Below the pieces are notes generated by a model, which was given only the letters and a program-made list of their open reading frames with translations, ran no database searches and was not told the DNA's origin. DNA of 64,000 bases from positions 243,270 to 307,269 of the forward strand of contig JAGVAE010000002.1 in assembly GCA_020060565.1 (NCBI GenBank). Reading direction: 5' to 3'. Of this stretch, positions 9,665-19,489 are shown one piece after another (the first letter of the stretch is position 1; the number at the start of each line of letters is the position of its first letter). Made by a program: the position numbers and the translations under genes. Origin of the DNA: Candidatus Woesebacteria bacterium. GTDB lineage: Bacteria > Patescibacteriota > Microgenomatia > UBA8517.

Positions 9665-9792
9665 AAAAAACCTCTTTTTTAAAGAGGTTAACGCTTGCAA
9701 AAACCAAAGCGCTAACCCCCTTAGGTAAGGAGGTTAAAGCGAATGACAATGGTTCTAGCCGTAAATATCATATTTGTATAGGTATTATATCA
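9665..9792 (-). promoter_or_regulatory. Extended -10 promoter plus leader-peptide attenuator-like element
   Basis: TGaTATAAT, leader ORF 9771-9721 MIFTARTIVIRFNLLT*, mutually exclusive 1:2, 2:3 and 3:4(+U tract) stems. Confidence 0.65.
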
Positions 9793-9816
9793 TGTTTTTT
9801 TGATATAATTCAAGAC

Positions 9817-11145
9817 ATGGAAAGAACATTGATAGCTGATACTCCAAAGCTAGTTGGGGAGAAAGTAAAAATTAAGGGATTTGTTCATGTGGTTCGTGCC
9901 CATGGCAAGATTGCCTTTGCAGATATCACTGACAGGAGTGGGGTTATTCAGGTTGTGGGTGGGGAAGATCTGGCAGCTCTTAGACCTCAGTATGTGGTTG
10001 AGATTGAAGGAACTGTTAATTCTAGGCCTGAAAAGATGGTTAATGACAAGATTGATACTGGAAAGGTTGAGCTTTCTGTAGAAAAAATTGTAGTTATTGC
10101 TAAGTCTGAAGAGATGCCTTTTGACATGGGGGCAGAAGAACTTAATTTGGAACTTCCCACACTATTAGATTACCGTGCCTTAACTCTAAGGTATCCCAAG
10201 GTTATAGCAATATTTAAAGTTCAGGAAGTTGTCATTGATGCTTTCAGACGTGCGCTTCAGGCCAAGGATTTTATGGAGTTTCAAGCACCTTCTATAATAT
10301 CGTCAGTTCCTGAAGGTGGAGCTGAAGTTTTTAAAGTTGATTATTTTGGCCGCAATGTTTATCTTTCCCAAAGTCCACAACTTTATAAATCATTACTTGT
10401 TGGGGCTTTTGAGCGTGTTTTTAGTGTGAATAAAATATTTAGAGCTGAGCCAAGTGTGACTACAAGGCATTTAACTGAAGTAACTAGTTTGGATGCAGAG
10501 TTTGGTTTTATAGATTCCTGGGAAGAAGTTCAGGAAATGGAGGAGTATGTAGTTAGATTCATTTTCTCTGAGGTTGAAAAGAAGTGTACCAAAGAGCTTG
10601 CCATGTTTGGGGCAACTCTTCCAAAACTTTCTGACAAAATTCCACAAGTTAAATTAAGAGATGCACAGGAAATTATTTTTAAACGAACAGGAAGAGACAT
10701 ACGGGAAGAAAAAGATTTAGCACCTGAGGATGAACGCGAGATTTGTAAGTGGGCGCTGGAGGAAAAAGGAAGTGATTTGGTATTTATTTCTCATTTTGTA
10801 ACAAAGAAGAAGCCTTTCTATGTTTATCCAGATCCTAAGGACCCAACTTATGCATTCTCGGTCGACCTTTTAGGTCGGGGTGTTGAATGGTCAAGTGGGG
10901 GGCAAAGATTAAATGATTACAAAACTATTCTTGAACATGTGAGAGAGTGGGGACTTAAAGAAGAAGATATTGAGCTTTATTTGCAATCTTTTAAGTATGG
11001 TGTTCCCCCATTGGGAGGATTTGCACTGGGTGCGGAGCGCGTGACAATGCACATTTTGGGACTTAAAAATATCCGTGAGGCTTCACTTTTTCCAAGAGAT
11101 ATGGAAAGGGTAGATGTCAGACTCTCCGAGACTGATCAAAAGTAA
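9817..11145 (+). CDS. aspS: Aspartate--tRNA(Asp/Asn) ligase, non-discriminating archaeal-type
   Basis: OB fold, EGGAEVF, YLSQSPQLYK, FRAEPSVTTRHLTE, SSGGQR, GGFALGAER, LFPRD; 442 aa with no GAD insert. Confidence 0.9.
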   Translation: MERTLIADTPKLVGEKVKIKGFVHVVRAHGKIAFADITDRSGVIQVVGGEDLAALRPQYVVEIEGTVNSRPEKMVNDKIDTGKVELSVEKIVVIAKSEEMPFDMGAEELNLELPTLLDYRALTLRYPKVIAIFKVQEVVIDAFRRALQAKDFMEFQAPSIISSVPEGGAEVFKVDYFGRNVYLSQSPQLYKSLLVGAFERVFSVNKIFRAEPSVTTRHLTEVTSLDAEFGFIDSWEEVQEMEEYVVRFIFSEVEKKCTKELAMFGATLPKLSDKIPQVKLRDAQEIIFKRTGRDIREEKDLAPEDEREICKWALEEKGSDLVFISHFVTKKKPFYVYPDPKDPTYAFSVDLLGRGVEWSSGGQRLNDYKTILEHVREWGLKEEDIELYLQSFKYGVPPLGGFALGAERVTMHILGLKNIREASLFPRDMERVDVRLSETDQK

Positions 11146-11146
11146 T

Positions 11147-12082
11147 ATGAAGTTTCTTACCAAAAAGAATAATTTTTTGTTTTTGGCTATATTAGTTTTT
11201 GTTTTTGTGACTTCTTGTGCACTTTCTTTGACAGGACAACTTGAGATTACAAAAGAATTAATTGATCAGTTGTCACAAAAAACAACCAAGACGTTTCCTC
11301 CAATACCAGTTTTAACAAACGGATCATCATTCCCAACTCTTTCTGCTCAAGGAGTGATTGCAATGGATTTGGATAGTGGAATTACTCTTTATGAAAAAAA
11401 TGCAGATGCAAAGCTTTTACCTGCTTCAACTACCAAGATTGTTACTGCACTGGTTTCACTTGATGAGTATAAATTGGATCAAGTTTTAACTGTAGGAAAG
11501 GAAGTAAGGGTTGATGGACAAAAAATGGGACTTAGGGTTGGGGAAAAGATGAAGTTTGAGGACTTACTTTATGGTCTTTTGGTCTATTCTGCAAATGATG
11601 CTGCCCAGACCTTGGCACAGAACTATCCTGGGGGGTACTCTGCTTTTATTGTGGCTATGAATCAAAAAGCTAGCGAACTATCCATGACCAATAGTCTTTT
11701 TGATAATCCAGTGGGACTTGATACCAATGGACAACGTTCAACTGCAAAAGATCTAATTCGTGTTTCAGAAGTCGCAATGAGAAATCCTGTTTTTGCAAAG
11801 GTGGTAGGAACCAAACAAATAACAATAAGTGATGCTTCTGGGAACAAACCATATAATCTTAAAAACATAAACCAACTATTAGGAGTCGTACCTGGCGTCA
11901 TAGGGGTTAAAACCGGTTGGACGGAAAATGCTCGCGAAAATCTTGTTACTTATATAGAACGTGACGGTCACAAAATCATGATTGCACTTTTAGGAAGTCA
12001 GGATAGATTTGGGGAGACCAAAGAATTAATCAATTGGATATTTGAAAGCCATAAGTGGCAGGAAGTTAAATTACCTTCTTAA
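11147..12082 (+). CDS. D-alanyl-D-alanine carboxypeptidase (peptidase S11)
   Basis: PASTTK (SxxK), SAN (SxN), KTG motifs. Confidence 0.92.
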   Translation: MKFLTKKNNFLFLAILVFVFVTSCALSLTGQLEITKELIDQLSQKTTKTFPPIPVLTNGSSFPTLSAQGVIAMDLDSGITLYEKNADAKLLPASTTKIVTALVSLDEYKLDQVLTVGKEVRVDGQKMGLRVGEKMKFEDLLYGLLVYSANDAAQTLAQNYPGGYSAFIVAMNQKASELSMTNSLFDNPVGLDTNGQRSTAKDLIRVSEVAMRNPVFAKVVGTKQITISDASGNKPYNLKNINQLLGVVPGVIGVKTGWTENARENLVTYIERDGHKIMIALLGSQDRFGETKELINWIFESHKWQEVKLPS

Positions 12083-12083
12083 T

Positions 12084-13157
12084 TTAATTTCCGTAATAAG
12101 TGGGGCTAACTGCTGGTAAGTATCCAACAAAACTATTGGTGGGATCACTGTCTCCAGAGTCAAAAACATAAACTGGTTGGTAGAAGTCAGAGCTTGAATC
12201 GGGGTCAAAATAGGCAAGGTAAATTTTCCTTATTTTAAGTGAATCTCCATCTTTATACTTTCCCATACTAGCAATATAGGCTTTTCCTCCTTGGAGTTGG
12301 GCAAAAGCTTCTTGGGGAGTAATTATTGGATATGTTGAGTATTGTGATTCATCTACTGGGTAATAATGATACTGGGCTGCAATAATTCTTTGATCTTTTT
12401 GCTGACCTCCACTTACTATTGCCCAGACGTTACTTTGGGCTGGGTCTGTGGTTACGCTTGGTAAATTATCATATGATTTTCTAAATAGATTTACTTTTAC
12501 TACGTCAGCCTCAGAAAGGGCAATGACATTTTCCAATTTTCCGCTTGTCAATTTTAAATAGTTGGGAATCATTGGTCCATCACTTAAGTCAGAAGAAAGA
12601 ACACCAGCATTTGAAAGAATCCCCCTAAATTGGGAAGCCGCGACTTCTGCTACTGGAGGCCTTGTGTCAATTGGAGTTCTGTCTGCAGTTAAATCATAAC
12701 TTATGGAAAACGCTCCCGTTATTATGTTTATTTCCATTATTGATGGAAATCTTGGATTTCTAAACTTATATAAAGAATCTGATTCTTGAATTGGATTAGG
12801 GTCATCAAACCCCAGAGCATCAGCTTTTGTTTTTGCGGTATCAAGTGAAAGAAGATTTGAGTTTACTTTAGGCATGAAATAGACTTTTGCCTGGGTTGAA
12901 ATGTCCGTTGGATATGTTCCAGTTGGAGTTTCCAGAGTATATGTCAATTTTGGATCGAGAGTAGAAAGTGGAAAAGGAATTTTTGTTAGTTTACCAAATT
13001 TAACAGTTGGATCAGGAAGACCAGGAGGAAATATCTTAAGATAAACAGATACACCAGCATTAAAAAGAATTCTTCCTATGGTTAAAAATATAATAAAGTA
13101 GATTGTATAGCGTATTGTTTTTCTTGCAGTTATGGCAACTTGGGTCAGGCTACTCAT
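12084..13157 (-). CDS. Hypothetical membrane-anchored protein
   Basis: 357 aa, N-terminal TM, C-terminal IYLAYFD..YQPVYVF; start at 13157 avoids overlap with gltX. Confidence 0.75.
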   Translation of the reverse strand: MSSLTQVAITARKTIRYTIYFIIFLTIGRILFNAGVSVYLKIFPPGLPDPTVKFGKLTKIPFPLSTLDPKLTYTLETPTGTYPTDISTQAKVYFMPKVNSNLLSLDTAKTKADALGFDDPNPIQESDSLYKFRNPRFPSIMEINIITGAFSISYDLTADRTPIDTRPPVAEVAASQFRGILSNAGVLSSDLSDGPMIPNYLKLTSGKLENVIALSEADVVKVNLFRKSYDNLPSVTTDPAQSNVWAIVSGGQQKDQRIIAAQYHYYPVDESQYSTYPIITPQEAFAQLQGGKAYIASMGKYKDGDSLKIRKIYLAYFDPDSSSDFYQPVYVFDSGDSDPTNSFVGYLPAVSPTYYGN

Positions 13158-13171
13158 GATATAATCATAGC
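13158..13171. promoter_or_regulatory. Bidirectional leaderless promoter (overlapping -10 boxes)
   Basis: TATAAT (+) and TATGAT (-) each lie 6 nt from a start codon within a 14-bp intergenic gap. Confidence 0.65.
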
Positions 13172-14479
13172 ATGATTCGTACTCGTTTTGCGCCAAGTCC
13201 AACAGGCTCAATGCACATTGGAAATTTAAGGACTGCTTTTTATGCATACGCGCTAGCCAAACACAATAATGGTGAATTTATTCTTAGAATTGAAGATACT
13301 GATAAAAAAAGGGAAATTGAGGGTGGTGCCAATGATATTAAAGATTTATTAACAATATTCGACATTAAGTGGGATGAATATTATATCCAATCGGAAAGAT
13401 TAGATTTATACAAAAAAGCTGCTGAAAAATTAGTTGAGGACGGCCATGCTTTTTATTGTCAATGTGAAGCAAAAAATGCTAAAGAGGATGGTTTTTCAAA
13501 AGATCTCCGAGACCCTTGTCGTGACAAAAATCTAACTTCTGGGGCAGTTAAACTTAAAGTTCCTGAAAATGAATGGATAACATTTAAGGATTTTGTATTA
13601 CAAAAAAAAGTATCTTGGAATACTTCAACAATTGGAGACGCCACACTTTTTAAGACCGACGGTTTTCCAACTTATCACTTGGCTGTAGTTGTTGATGATA
13701 ATGATTTGAAAATAAGCCATGTTTTAAGGGGTCATGATTGGATGCCATCTACCCCAATACATATACTTGTCTATAAATATTTAGGATTTGATGTTCCAGA
13801 GATTGGGCATTTGACTGACATTATGGATCCTGATGGCGGAAAATTAAGTAAAAGAAAAGGAAGTACTTCAGTACGCGGTTTACTTACTGAAGGATATTTA
13901 CCAGAAGCGTTATTAAATTTTGTAATACTTCTAGGTTGGGCACCGAAAGATAATCGTGAGATGTTTACTTTAGAAGAATTTGTAAAATATTTTGATCCCA
14001 ATGGTTTTCAGAAGGGTAATCCTGTATTTAATAGGGAAAAACTTGATTGGTTTAATGGAGAATATATTCGCAAACTCAGTGACACTGAGCTTTACGAAAA
14101 ATTCCAATTTTCAAATTCCAATTTTCAAACAATGGAAGAAAATAAAAAATTACAAATAACAAAACTTGTAAAAGACAGGATTAAAAAAATATCAGATCTT
14201 GATGCGTTAGCAAAGTTCTTTTGGGAGGAACCAAAAGAAATAGATATGAATCTTTTTGGAAAAAACTACAAAGAGCATTTAACAAAAGCGCAGGAAGCTA
14301 TTGAAAAATCAATTCCACTTGATACAGTTTCTAAAAATAATGATTTTAAAGTTGGGGATTTTTTCATGGATTTAAGGATTGCAATAACTGGTACAAAGTT
14401 TACTCCTCCTATAAATGAATCAATTGAAATTTTAGGAAAAGAAAAAAGTATAAAAAGAATTAGAAAAATATTGGAATAA
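13172..14479 (+). CDS. gltX: Glutamate--tRNA ligase
   Basis: RFAPSPTG, HIGN, RIEDTD, PTYHLAVVVDD, KLSKR. Confidence 0.97.
   Translation: MIRTRFAPSPTGSMHIGNLRTAFYAYALAKHNNGEFILRIEDTDKKREIEGGANDIKDLLTIFDIKWDEYYIQSERLDLYKKAAEKLVEDGHAFYCQCEAKNAKEDGFSKDLRDPCRDKNLTSGAVKLKVPENEWITFKDFVLQKKVSWNTSTIGDATLFKTDGFPTYHLAVVVDDNDLKISHVLRGHDWMPSTPIHILVYKYLGFDVPEIGHLTDIMDPDGGKLSKRKGSTSVRGLLTEGYLPEALLNFVILLGWAPKDNREMFTLEEFVKYFDPNGFQKGNPVFNREKLDWFNGEYIRKLSDTELYEKFQFSNSNFQTMEENKKLQITKLVKDRIKKISDLDALAKFFWEEPKEIDMNLFGKNYKEHLTKAQEAIEKSIPLDTVSKNNDFKVGDFFMDLRIAITGTKFTPPINESIEILGKEKSIKRIRKILE
14099..14130 (+). repeat. Heptamer tandem repeat inside gltX
   Basis: AAATTCC AATTTTC AAATTCC AATTTTC AAAC. Confidence 0.6.
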
Positions 14480-14511
14480 TTGGAACAAACGAAGTTTAAA
14501 TTCGAAACAAT

Positions 14512-15498
14512 ATGGCTCACGACCCGCCCAACACAACTTACAATCTGAATAAAGAGAGGATTGATACAGAGTTTCTACGTAATAAACTTAAACTTAGGAA
14601 TCTTGAAGTTAAAGACTCTTTTAACAAAAAATATCCACATGTACAGAAATTCTTTGAGGACAGGGGGATATCATTAAATAAACTTCGTGAACATTCAGCC
14701 AGGGTAATTACTGCGGGAGCCCTTACTGGATCACTTTTTTTTGCTTCCCCTGTCATGTCAAATAAAATGCCTAACACTACTGAGATTGTAAAAAGTTTGA
14801 CAAATCTTAGTACAGATGACGATTCAGGTGTAAACACAATTCCACTGAATCAAAGACTGCTTGTTAAAATACGGGAGCATTTACCATCTCAGATTGGTCC
14901 TTTAAATAGATCTCAGGAAAAGAATTTAGAAAAAATATTTTTGGATATCATTGGGATTAATACTAAAGCAACGTTGGAGGGGGAACATTTAAATACCACT
15001 TATGGATACATTGGAGCTGAACAACATTTAATTAGATACCCCGGGGATACTATTTCTAATCATGAATTAACAACTGACGATGAAGGGATTGCCCCAGGCA
15101 GGGGTGCTTGGGGTTATTTTGCAAGAAGTAAGGAAGAATTGACCAAGGAAGATATTGAAAATGAAAAATGGTATGCAGTAGTTCAAACTTTATATCTTCC
15201 GGATTGGAACTCGCGTGTTGCCTACTTAAGAGATTGGTATAAATACAGAAAGATTTTAATAGTAAACACAATTAATGGTAATGCTGTGGTTGCTGACATA
15301 GCAGATAGTGGTCCAGCTGCTTTTACTGGGAAACATTTTGGGGGAAGCCCTGCGGTTATGGATTATCTGGGGGGGTCACGTTACAAAAAAGGACCCGTGG
15401 TTGTGTTTTTTGTTGACGATCCTGAAAACAGGGTTCCGCTTGGTCCTGTAGAGTACAATAATATTAATATTCCAACAGTTGCTCTGACTGAGATTTAA
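14512..15498 (+). CDS. Hypothetical protein with C-terminal RlpA/DPBB-like motif
   Basis: KILIVNTINGNAVVADIADSGP...FGGSPAVMDYLG resembles the double-psi beta-barrel signature. Confidence 0.55.
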   Translation: MAHDPPNTTYNLNKERIDTEFLRNKLKLRNLEVKDSFNKKYPHVQKFFEDRGISLNKLREHSARVITAGALTGSLFFASPVMSNKMPNTTEIVKSLTNLSTDDDSGVNTIPLNQRLLVKIREHLPSQIGPLNRSQEKNLEKIFLDIIGINTKATLEGEHLNTTYGYIGAEQHLIRYPGDTISNHELTTDDEGIAPGRGAWGYFARSKEELTKEDIENEKWYAVVQTLYLPDWNSRVAYLRDWYKYRKILIVNTINGNAVVADIADSGPAAFTGKHFGGSPAVMDYLGGSRYKKGPVVVFFVDDPENRVPLGPVEYNNINIPTVALTEI

Positions 15499-15509
15499 CT
15501 AAAAAATAT

Positions 15510-15845
15510 ATGTCAAAACTATTTTTCGATTACCTTATAAATCTTAAAGAAATCGACAAACAAATTAAGAGACTAACTAATACCCGGGAAGAGAGGGAAG
15601 AACTTTGGGGTTTAGTTGATGAAATGGTCCACCACAAAGTTGTGGGCTGCATACTTGATAAAATGCCGAAAAATAATCATGAAGAATTCTTGGGATTGTT
15701 TCAAAAAAGTCCACACGATGAAAAATTATTATTTGATTATTTAAAGGAAACAATTGGAGATAATATTGAGGAACTTATTAGGCAAGAAATAGGAGATCTC
15801 TCAACGGATATTTTAAATGATATTAAATCCTCATCGGGTAAATAA
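15510..15845 (+). CDS. Hypothetical protein
   Basis: 111 aa helical, acidic ORF in an operon with the upstream gene. Confidence 0.7.
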   Translation: MSKLFFDYLINLKEIDKQIKRLTNTREEREELWGLVDEMVHHKVVGCILDKMPKNNHEEFLGLFQKSPHDEKLLFDYLKETIGDNIEELIRQEIGDLSTDILNDIKSSSGK

Positions 15846-15910
15846 CTTGAAATAAATAATATTTTAAATTAAAATCTTCACTTAGTGCTTAAAAAGCCTT
15901 AGAATGAAAT

Positions 15911-16936
15911 ATGGTATCAAAATTTAAAAATTTTAAAAACAAACTAGGAAAATGGTTTTGGGTAATTCTAGTTATTTTAATACTGGGAGTTGGAGGGTTC
16001 TTCTTTTTTAGTAAAAAATCAGAGAATGGGAGCGTGAAAACTGTTGTTCAAAAGGGAGAGGTTAAAGAAGAGCTAATTCTTACGGGTTCCATTAAAGCAG
16101 ATAAGCATGTAATTCTTTATTTCCCAACAGGGGGAAAAATTGCAGGTGTTTATGTCAAAGAAGGTGAGTGGGTAAAAACTGGACGTGCACTAACTGCACT
16201 TGATAGAACAATTCTCAATTCAACTTATCAGCAGGCTTTAAATACCCACAAAAGTTATCAAGCTACAGCCGAAAATGTTGTGGATAGTGTAAAAGACCAT
16301 AAAAGCGATGAAACATTTACTCAGAAAGCAACTCGTACAACAGCTGAAGTAAATCGCGACAACGCCTATGATGCAGTGAAAGCAGCCGAATATAATCTTA
16401 AAAATGCCACCCTATATGCTCCTTTTGAAGGTGTCATAACTTCTCTTCCTTTTTCAAGTCCTGGAGTAAATATAAATTTAACCGATGCTCAAGTGGAACT
16501 ACTCGACCCTACCAGTATTTATTTTGAAGTAGATGCAGACCAAAGTGAAGTTATTGATATTAAAGATAAACAATCAGTTGAAATTGTTCTTGATTCATAT
16601 CGAGACAAGTCTTTCGTAGGAACTGTATCGTTCATCTCTTATACCCCAAAAGCAGGAAAAGCTAGCACTGTTTATAAAGTAAAAGTGGAACTTGATACAG
16701 TACAAATGAAAGAGCTTTTACCAAGAATCGGCATGAGTGGGGATGCTAAATTTATTCTTTCTCAAAAGTCTGATGTACTTTTTGTTCCCAATCGTTTTGT
16801 TAATTCAGATAAGGAAGGAAAATATGTAAATCTTGGTGGAAAAGACAAAAAAGTGAGAGTTACGATTGGAATTGAGGGTGAAGATAGGGTTGAGATAATC
16901 TCAGGGGTAAAAGAGGGCGATGTTTTATATGATTAA
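15911..16936 (+). CDS. Efflux membrane fusion protein (MacA-like)
   Basis: N-terminal TM, GKIAGVYVKEGEWVK and LYAPFEGVI lipoyl halves, coiled hairpin. Confidence 0.9.
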   Translation: MVSKFKNFKNKLGKWFWVILVILILGVGGFFFFSKKSENGSVKTVVQKGEVKEELILTGSIKADKHVILYFPTGGKIAGVYVKEGEWVKTGRALTALDRTILNSTYQQALNTHKSYQATAENVVDSVKDHKSDETFTQKATRTTAEVNRDNAYDAVKAAEYNLKNATLYAPFEGVITSLPFSSPGVNINLTDAQVELLDPTSIYFEVDADQSEVIDIKDKQSVEIVLDSYRDKSFVGTVSFISYTPKAGKASTVYKVKVELDTVQMKELLPRIGMSGDAKFILSQKSDVLFVPNRFVNSDKEGKYVNLGGKDKKVRVTIGIEGEDRVEIISGVKEGDVLYD

Positions 16937-17606
16937 ACTTGAAAATGTTTTTAAATCCTACATATTGGGAGATGAAGAGGTAGTAGCTGTTAAAGATGTT
17001 AGCCTAACCATTAAAGAGAAAGAGTTTATAGGAATAATGGGTACTTCAGGAAGCGGAAAATCTACATTAATGCATCTAATTGGTCTTCTGGAACAGCCAT
17101 CAAAAGGTAAAATTTATTTAGACGGAAAAGATATTTCCAAACTTACTGATAATGAGCTTTCAAAAATTAGAAATAAAACAGTAGGTTTTGTTTTTCAATC
17201 GTTTAATCTAATTAACCGCTTTACAGTTTTTGAAAATATTCTTTTACCAACGAAATATTCAAAGGAACTCCTTAAGTTTGATCCTAAAGCCAAAGCGGAA
17301 GATTTACTCAAAAGGTTTGGGATATACGAAAGACGAAATTTCTTTCCGAATAAAATTTCAGGAGGTCAACAACAGAGAGTGGCAATTGTAAGAGCTTTGA
17401 TTATGGGGCCAAAAATTATCCTCGCCGATGAGCCGACTGGGAATTTGGATAGTAAAACAGGGGAAGAAATATTGGACATTCTAGGAAACTTAAATAGAGA
17501 ATTTGGTGTAACTGTTATTTTGGTTACCCATGAACACGATATTGCAGCAAAAACTAAAAGACAGATTTATATCAAAGACGGACAATTAGTGGAAAGATAT
17601 TTATAG
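16929..17606 (+). CDS. ABC transporter ATP-binding protein (MacB/LolD-like)
   Basis: GTSGSGKST, ISGGQQQRVA, LADEPTGNLD. Confidence 0.95.
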   Translation: MIKLENVFKSYILGDEEVVAVKDVSLTIKEKEFIGIMGTSGSGKSTLMHLIGLLEQPSKGKIYLDGKDISKLTDNELSKIRNKTVGFVFQSFNLINRFTVFENILLPTKYSKELLKFDPKAKAEDLLKRFGIYERRNFFPNKISGGQQQRVAIVRALIMGPKIILADEPTGNLDSKTGEEILDILGNLNREFGVTVILVTHEHDIAAKTKRQIYIKDGQLVERYL

Positions 17607-18803
17607 ATGGTAAATATAAAAGAATATACACATTTGATGAAGGCGGCTATTGAAGATTTTAGGCGCAATAAAGTTAGAACCGCACTAACCTCCCTGGGGA
17701 TCATGATCGGAGTTATGTCAGTTGTGCTTTTAATTGCATTAGGGTTGGGGCTTAAAAATTATATTGAAGATCAGTTTAATAGCATGGGAGCAAATCTGGT
17801 AATGATTATGCCTGGAAGTGGTATTTCTGGGGGTACTGGAGCTGGAATGGTAGGTGGAGCAGAATTTGACGAGCGGGATGTAAATAGTCTAATTAGAATT
17901 CCAAACGTTAAATATGTTATTCCTGTATTTTTTAAAGCAGCAGGTGTTGAAGCTGGAGGAGAGAAAAAAAATTCATATATCATGGGAGTAAATGAAGATT
18001 ATTTCAGATTAATGAATAAAGAGCTTATCGGTGGGGAAGAATTTACCAAATCAGACGTAGCTGCAGGAACAAAAGTTACCGTTTTGGGTTATGCACTAGC
18101 TGATAATCTCTTTGAAAATCCCACCGATGCAGTGGGAAAAACTGTAAGACTTGAAAATTTGAGGGTAAAAGTGATTGGAGTAATGGAAAAAACTGGAGAC
18201 AATGAAGGCGATAATGCAGTAATTCTGCCATATAAAGCAACATATGGAAGTTTAAATCCAAAGAAGACTTTTTGGTCTTTATATATTGGAGTTGAATCAA
18301 AAGATCAGGTTACCAACGTAAAAGAGGGTGTAGAGGAAACTCTTTTGAAAAGATACAAAGAAGACGATTTTTCGGTAACCGATCAAACTGATCTTCTTTC
18401 CACAGTTAACCAAATTTTTAATATAGTCAATTCTGTTCTTATAGCCATAGGTTCCATTTCACTTCTTGTTGGGGGAATAGGAATAATGAACATTATGTAT
18501 GCAACCGTTACAGAAAGAACTAAGGAAGTTGGGATAAGGCGTGCTGTTGGGGCAACACAAAGAGATATTTTATTGCAATTTTTAACGGAGAGTTTGATCC
18601 TTTCAGTTTTTGGTGGAGTTTTGGGACTTATTTTTGCTTCTTTAATAGTTCTTGTTGTTAGGATTTTCTTCCCTGCTGCAATTAATTTATTATCCGTTCT
18701 CATCACTTTTGGAATCTCCTCAGCCATTGGAGTATTCTTTGGAGTGTTTCCTGCCAGACGTGCCGCAAGACTAACCCCAATCGAGGCAATAAGGTATGAA
18801 TAA
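17607..18803 (+). CDS. ABC transporter permease (MacB-like)
   Basis: RTALTSLGIMIGV, ISLLVGGIGIMNIM..VTERTKEVGIRRAVGA, PARRAARLTPIEAIRYE. Confidence 0.95.
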   Translation: MVNIKEYTHLMKAAIEDFRRNKVRTALTSLGIMIGVMSVVLLIALGLGLKNYIEDQFNSMGANLVMIMPGSGISGGTGAGMVGGAEFDERDVNSLIRIPNVKYVIPVFFKAAGVEAGGEKKNSYIMGVNEDYFRLMNKELIGGEEFTKSDVAAGTKVTVLGYALADNLFENPTDAVGKTVRLENLRVKVIGVMEKTGDNEGDNAVILPYKATYGSLNPKKTFWSLYIGVESKDQVTNVKEGVEETLLKRYKEDDFSVTDQTDLLSTVNQIFNIVNSVLIAIGSISLLVGGIGIMNIMYATVTERTKEVGIRRAVGATQRDILLQFLTESLILSVFGGVLGLIFASLIVLVVRIFFPAAINLLSVLITFGISSAIGVFFGVFPARRAARLTPIEAIRYE

Positions 18804-18820
18804 AAACTGAAACTCTTTTA

Positions 18821-19489
18821 ATGATGAAAAAAATATTATTATTTATAATTTCATTCTTAATTACTTTAGTCGCTGTTGTTGGTTATTTTAAAGTGACTCA
18901 AAAACTTTCATCAATTAATTTACCTACTCTTCCATCGTTATCGTTTTCCGATATAGTAAGGTTTTCCAGATTTTCGTTGGAAAAAGCTCCCAGCCAAAGT
19001 TTAGTGGGGGTAATTACGTCAATGGAGGGGGAAGTGATGCATGAGGAAAGATTGGCAACAACTTCTGCAAAAATTAATATCCCAATTCCTATACAACAAG
19101 GTGAGTCCTTATCTACTGGTATTGATGGAAGAATTATTTTAATTTTTGAAAAAGCTGCAGAAATAATCATTTCTGCCGAGACCACAGTTAATGTTATCCA
19201 AACCCTTCCTGCAAACCTTGTTTTTTATCAAACCAAGGGATCCGCCACATATATAAAATTAGCAGACATTCCTGTATCCATTCGCACAAGACGTCTTCTT
19301 ATAGAAAATTACGGTGATATTACCGTTACATTAGATAAAGTAGAACCTGTTATTACAATAGCTGTTAATTCGGGGAGTGCTACTTTTGCATATAACAATT
19401 TAGATAACGTTAGTCAGGTTTTGTTAGTTAATGAAGGAAAAACTTTAACTTTCAATGAGAGTACCCGGCAAGTGGTTCAAGAATATTAG
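18821..19489 (+). CDS. Membrane-anchored FecR-like beta-domain protein
   Basis: N-terminal TM; IQQGESLSTGIDGRIILIF pattern typical of the FecR domain. Confidence 0.5.
   Translation: MMKKILLFIISFLITLVAVVGYFKVTQKLSSINLPTLPSLSFSDIVRFSRFSLEKAPSQSLVGVITSMEGEVMHEERLATTSAKINIPIPIQQGESLSTGIDGRIILIFEKAAEIIISAETTVNVIQTLPANLVFYQTKGSATYIKLADIPVSIRTRRLLIENYGDITVTLDKVEPVITIAVNSGSATFAYNNLDNVSQVLLVNEGKTLTFNESTRQVVQEY

Noticed and set aside
12084-13247. Longer ORF-track starts (also 7649, 21264, 25825, 39226, 50636, 55691)
   Set aside because: The extensions overlap divergent genes or promoters; downstream starts fit domain boundaries and promoter positions
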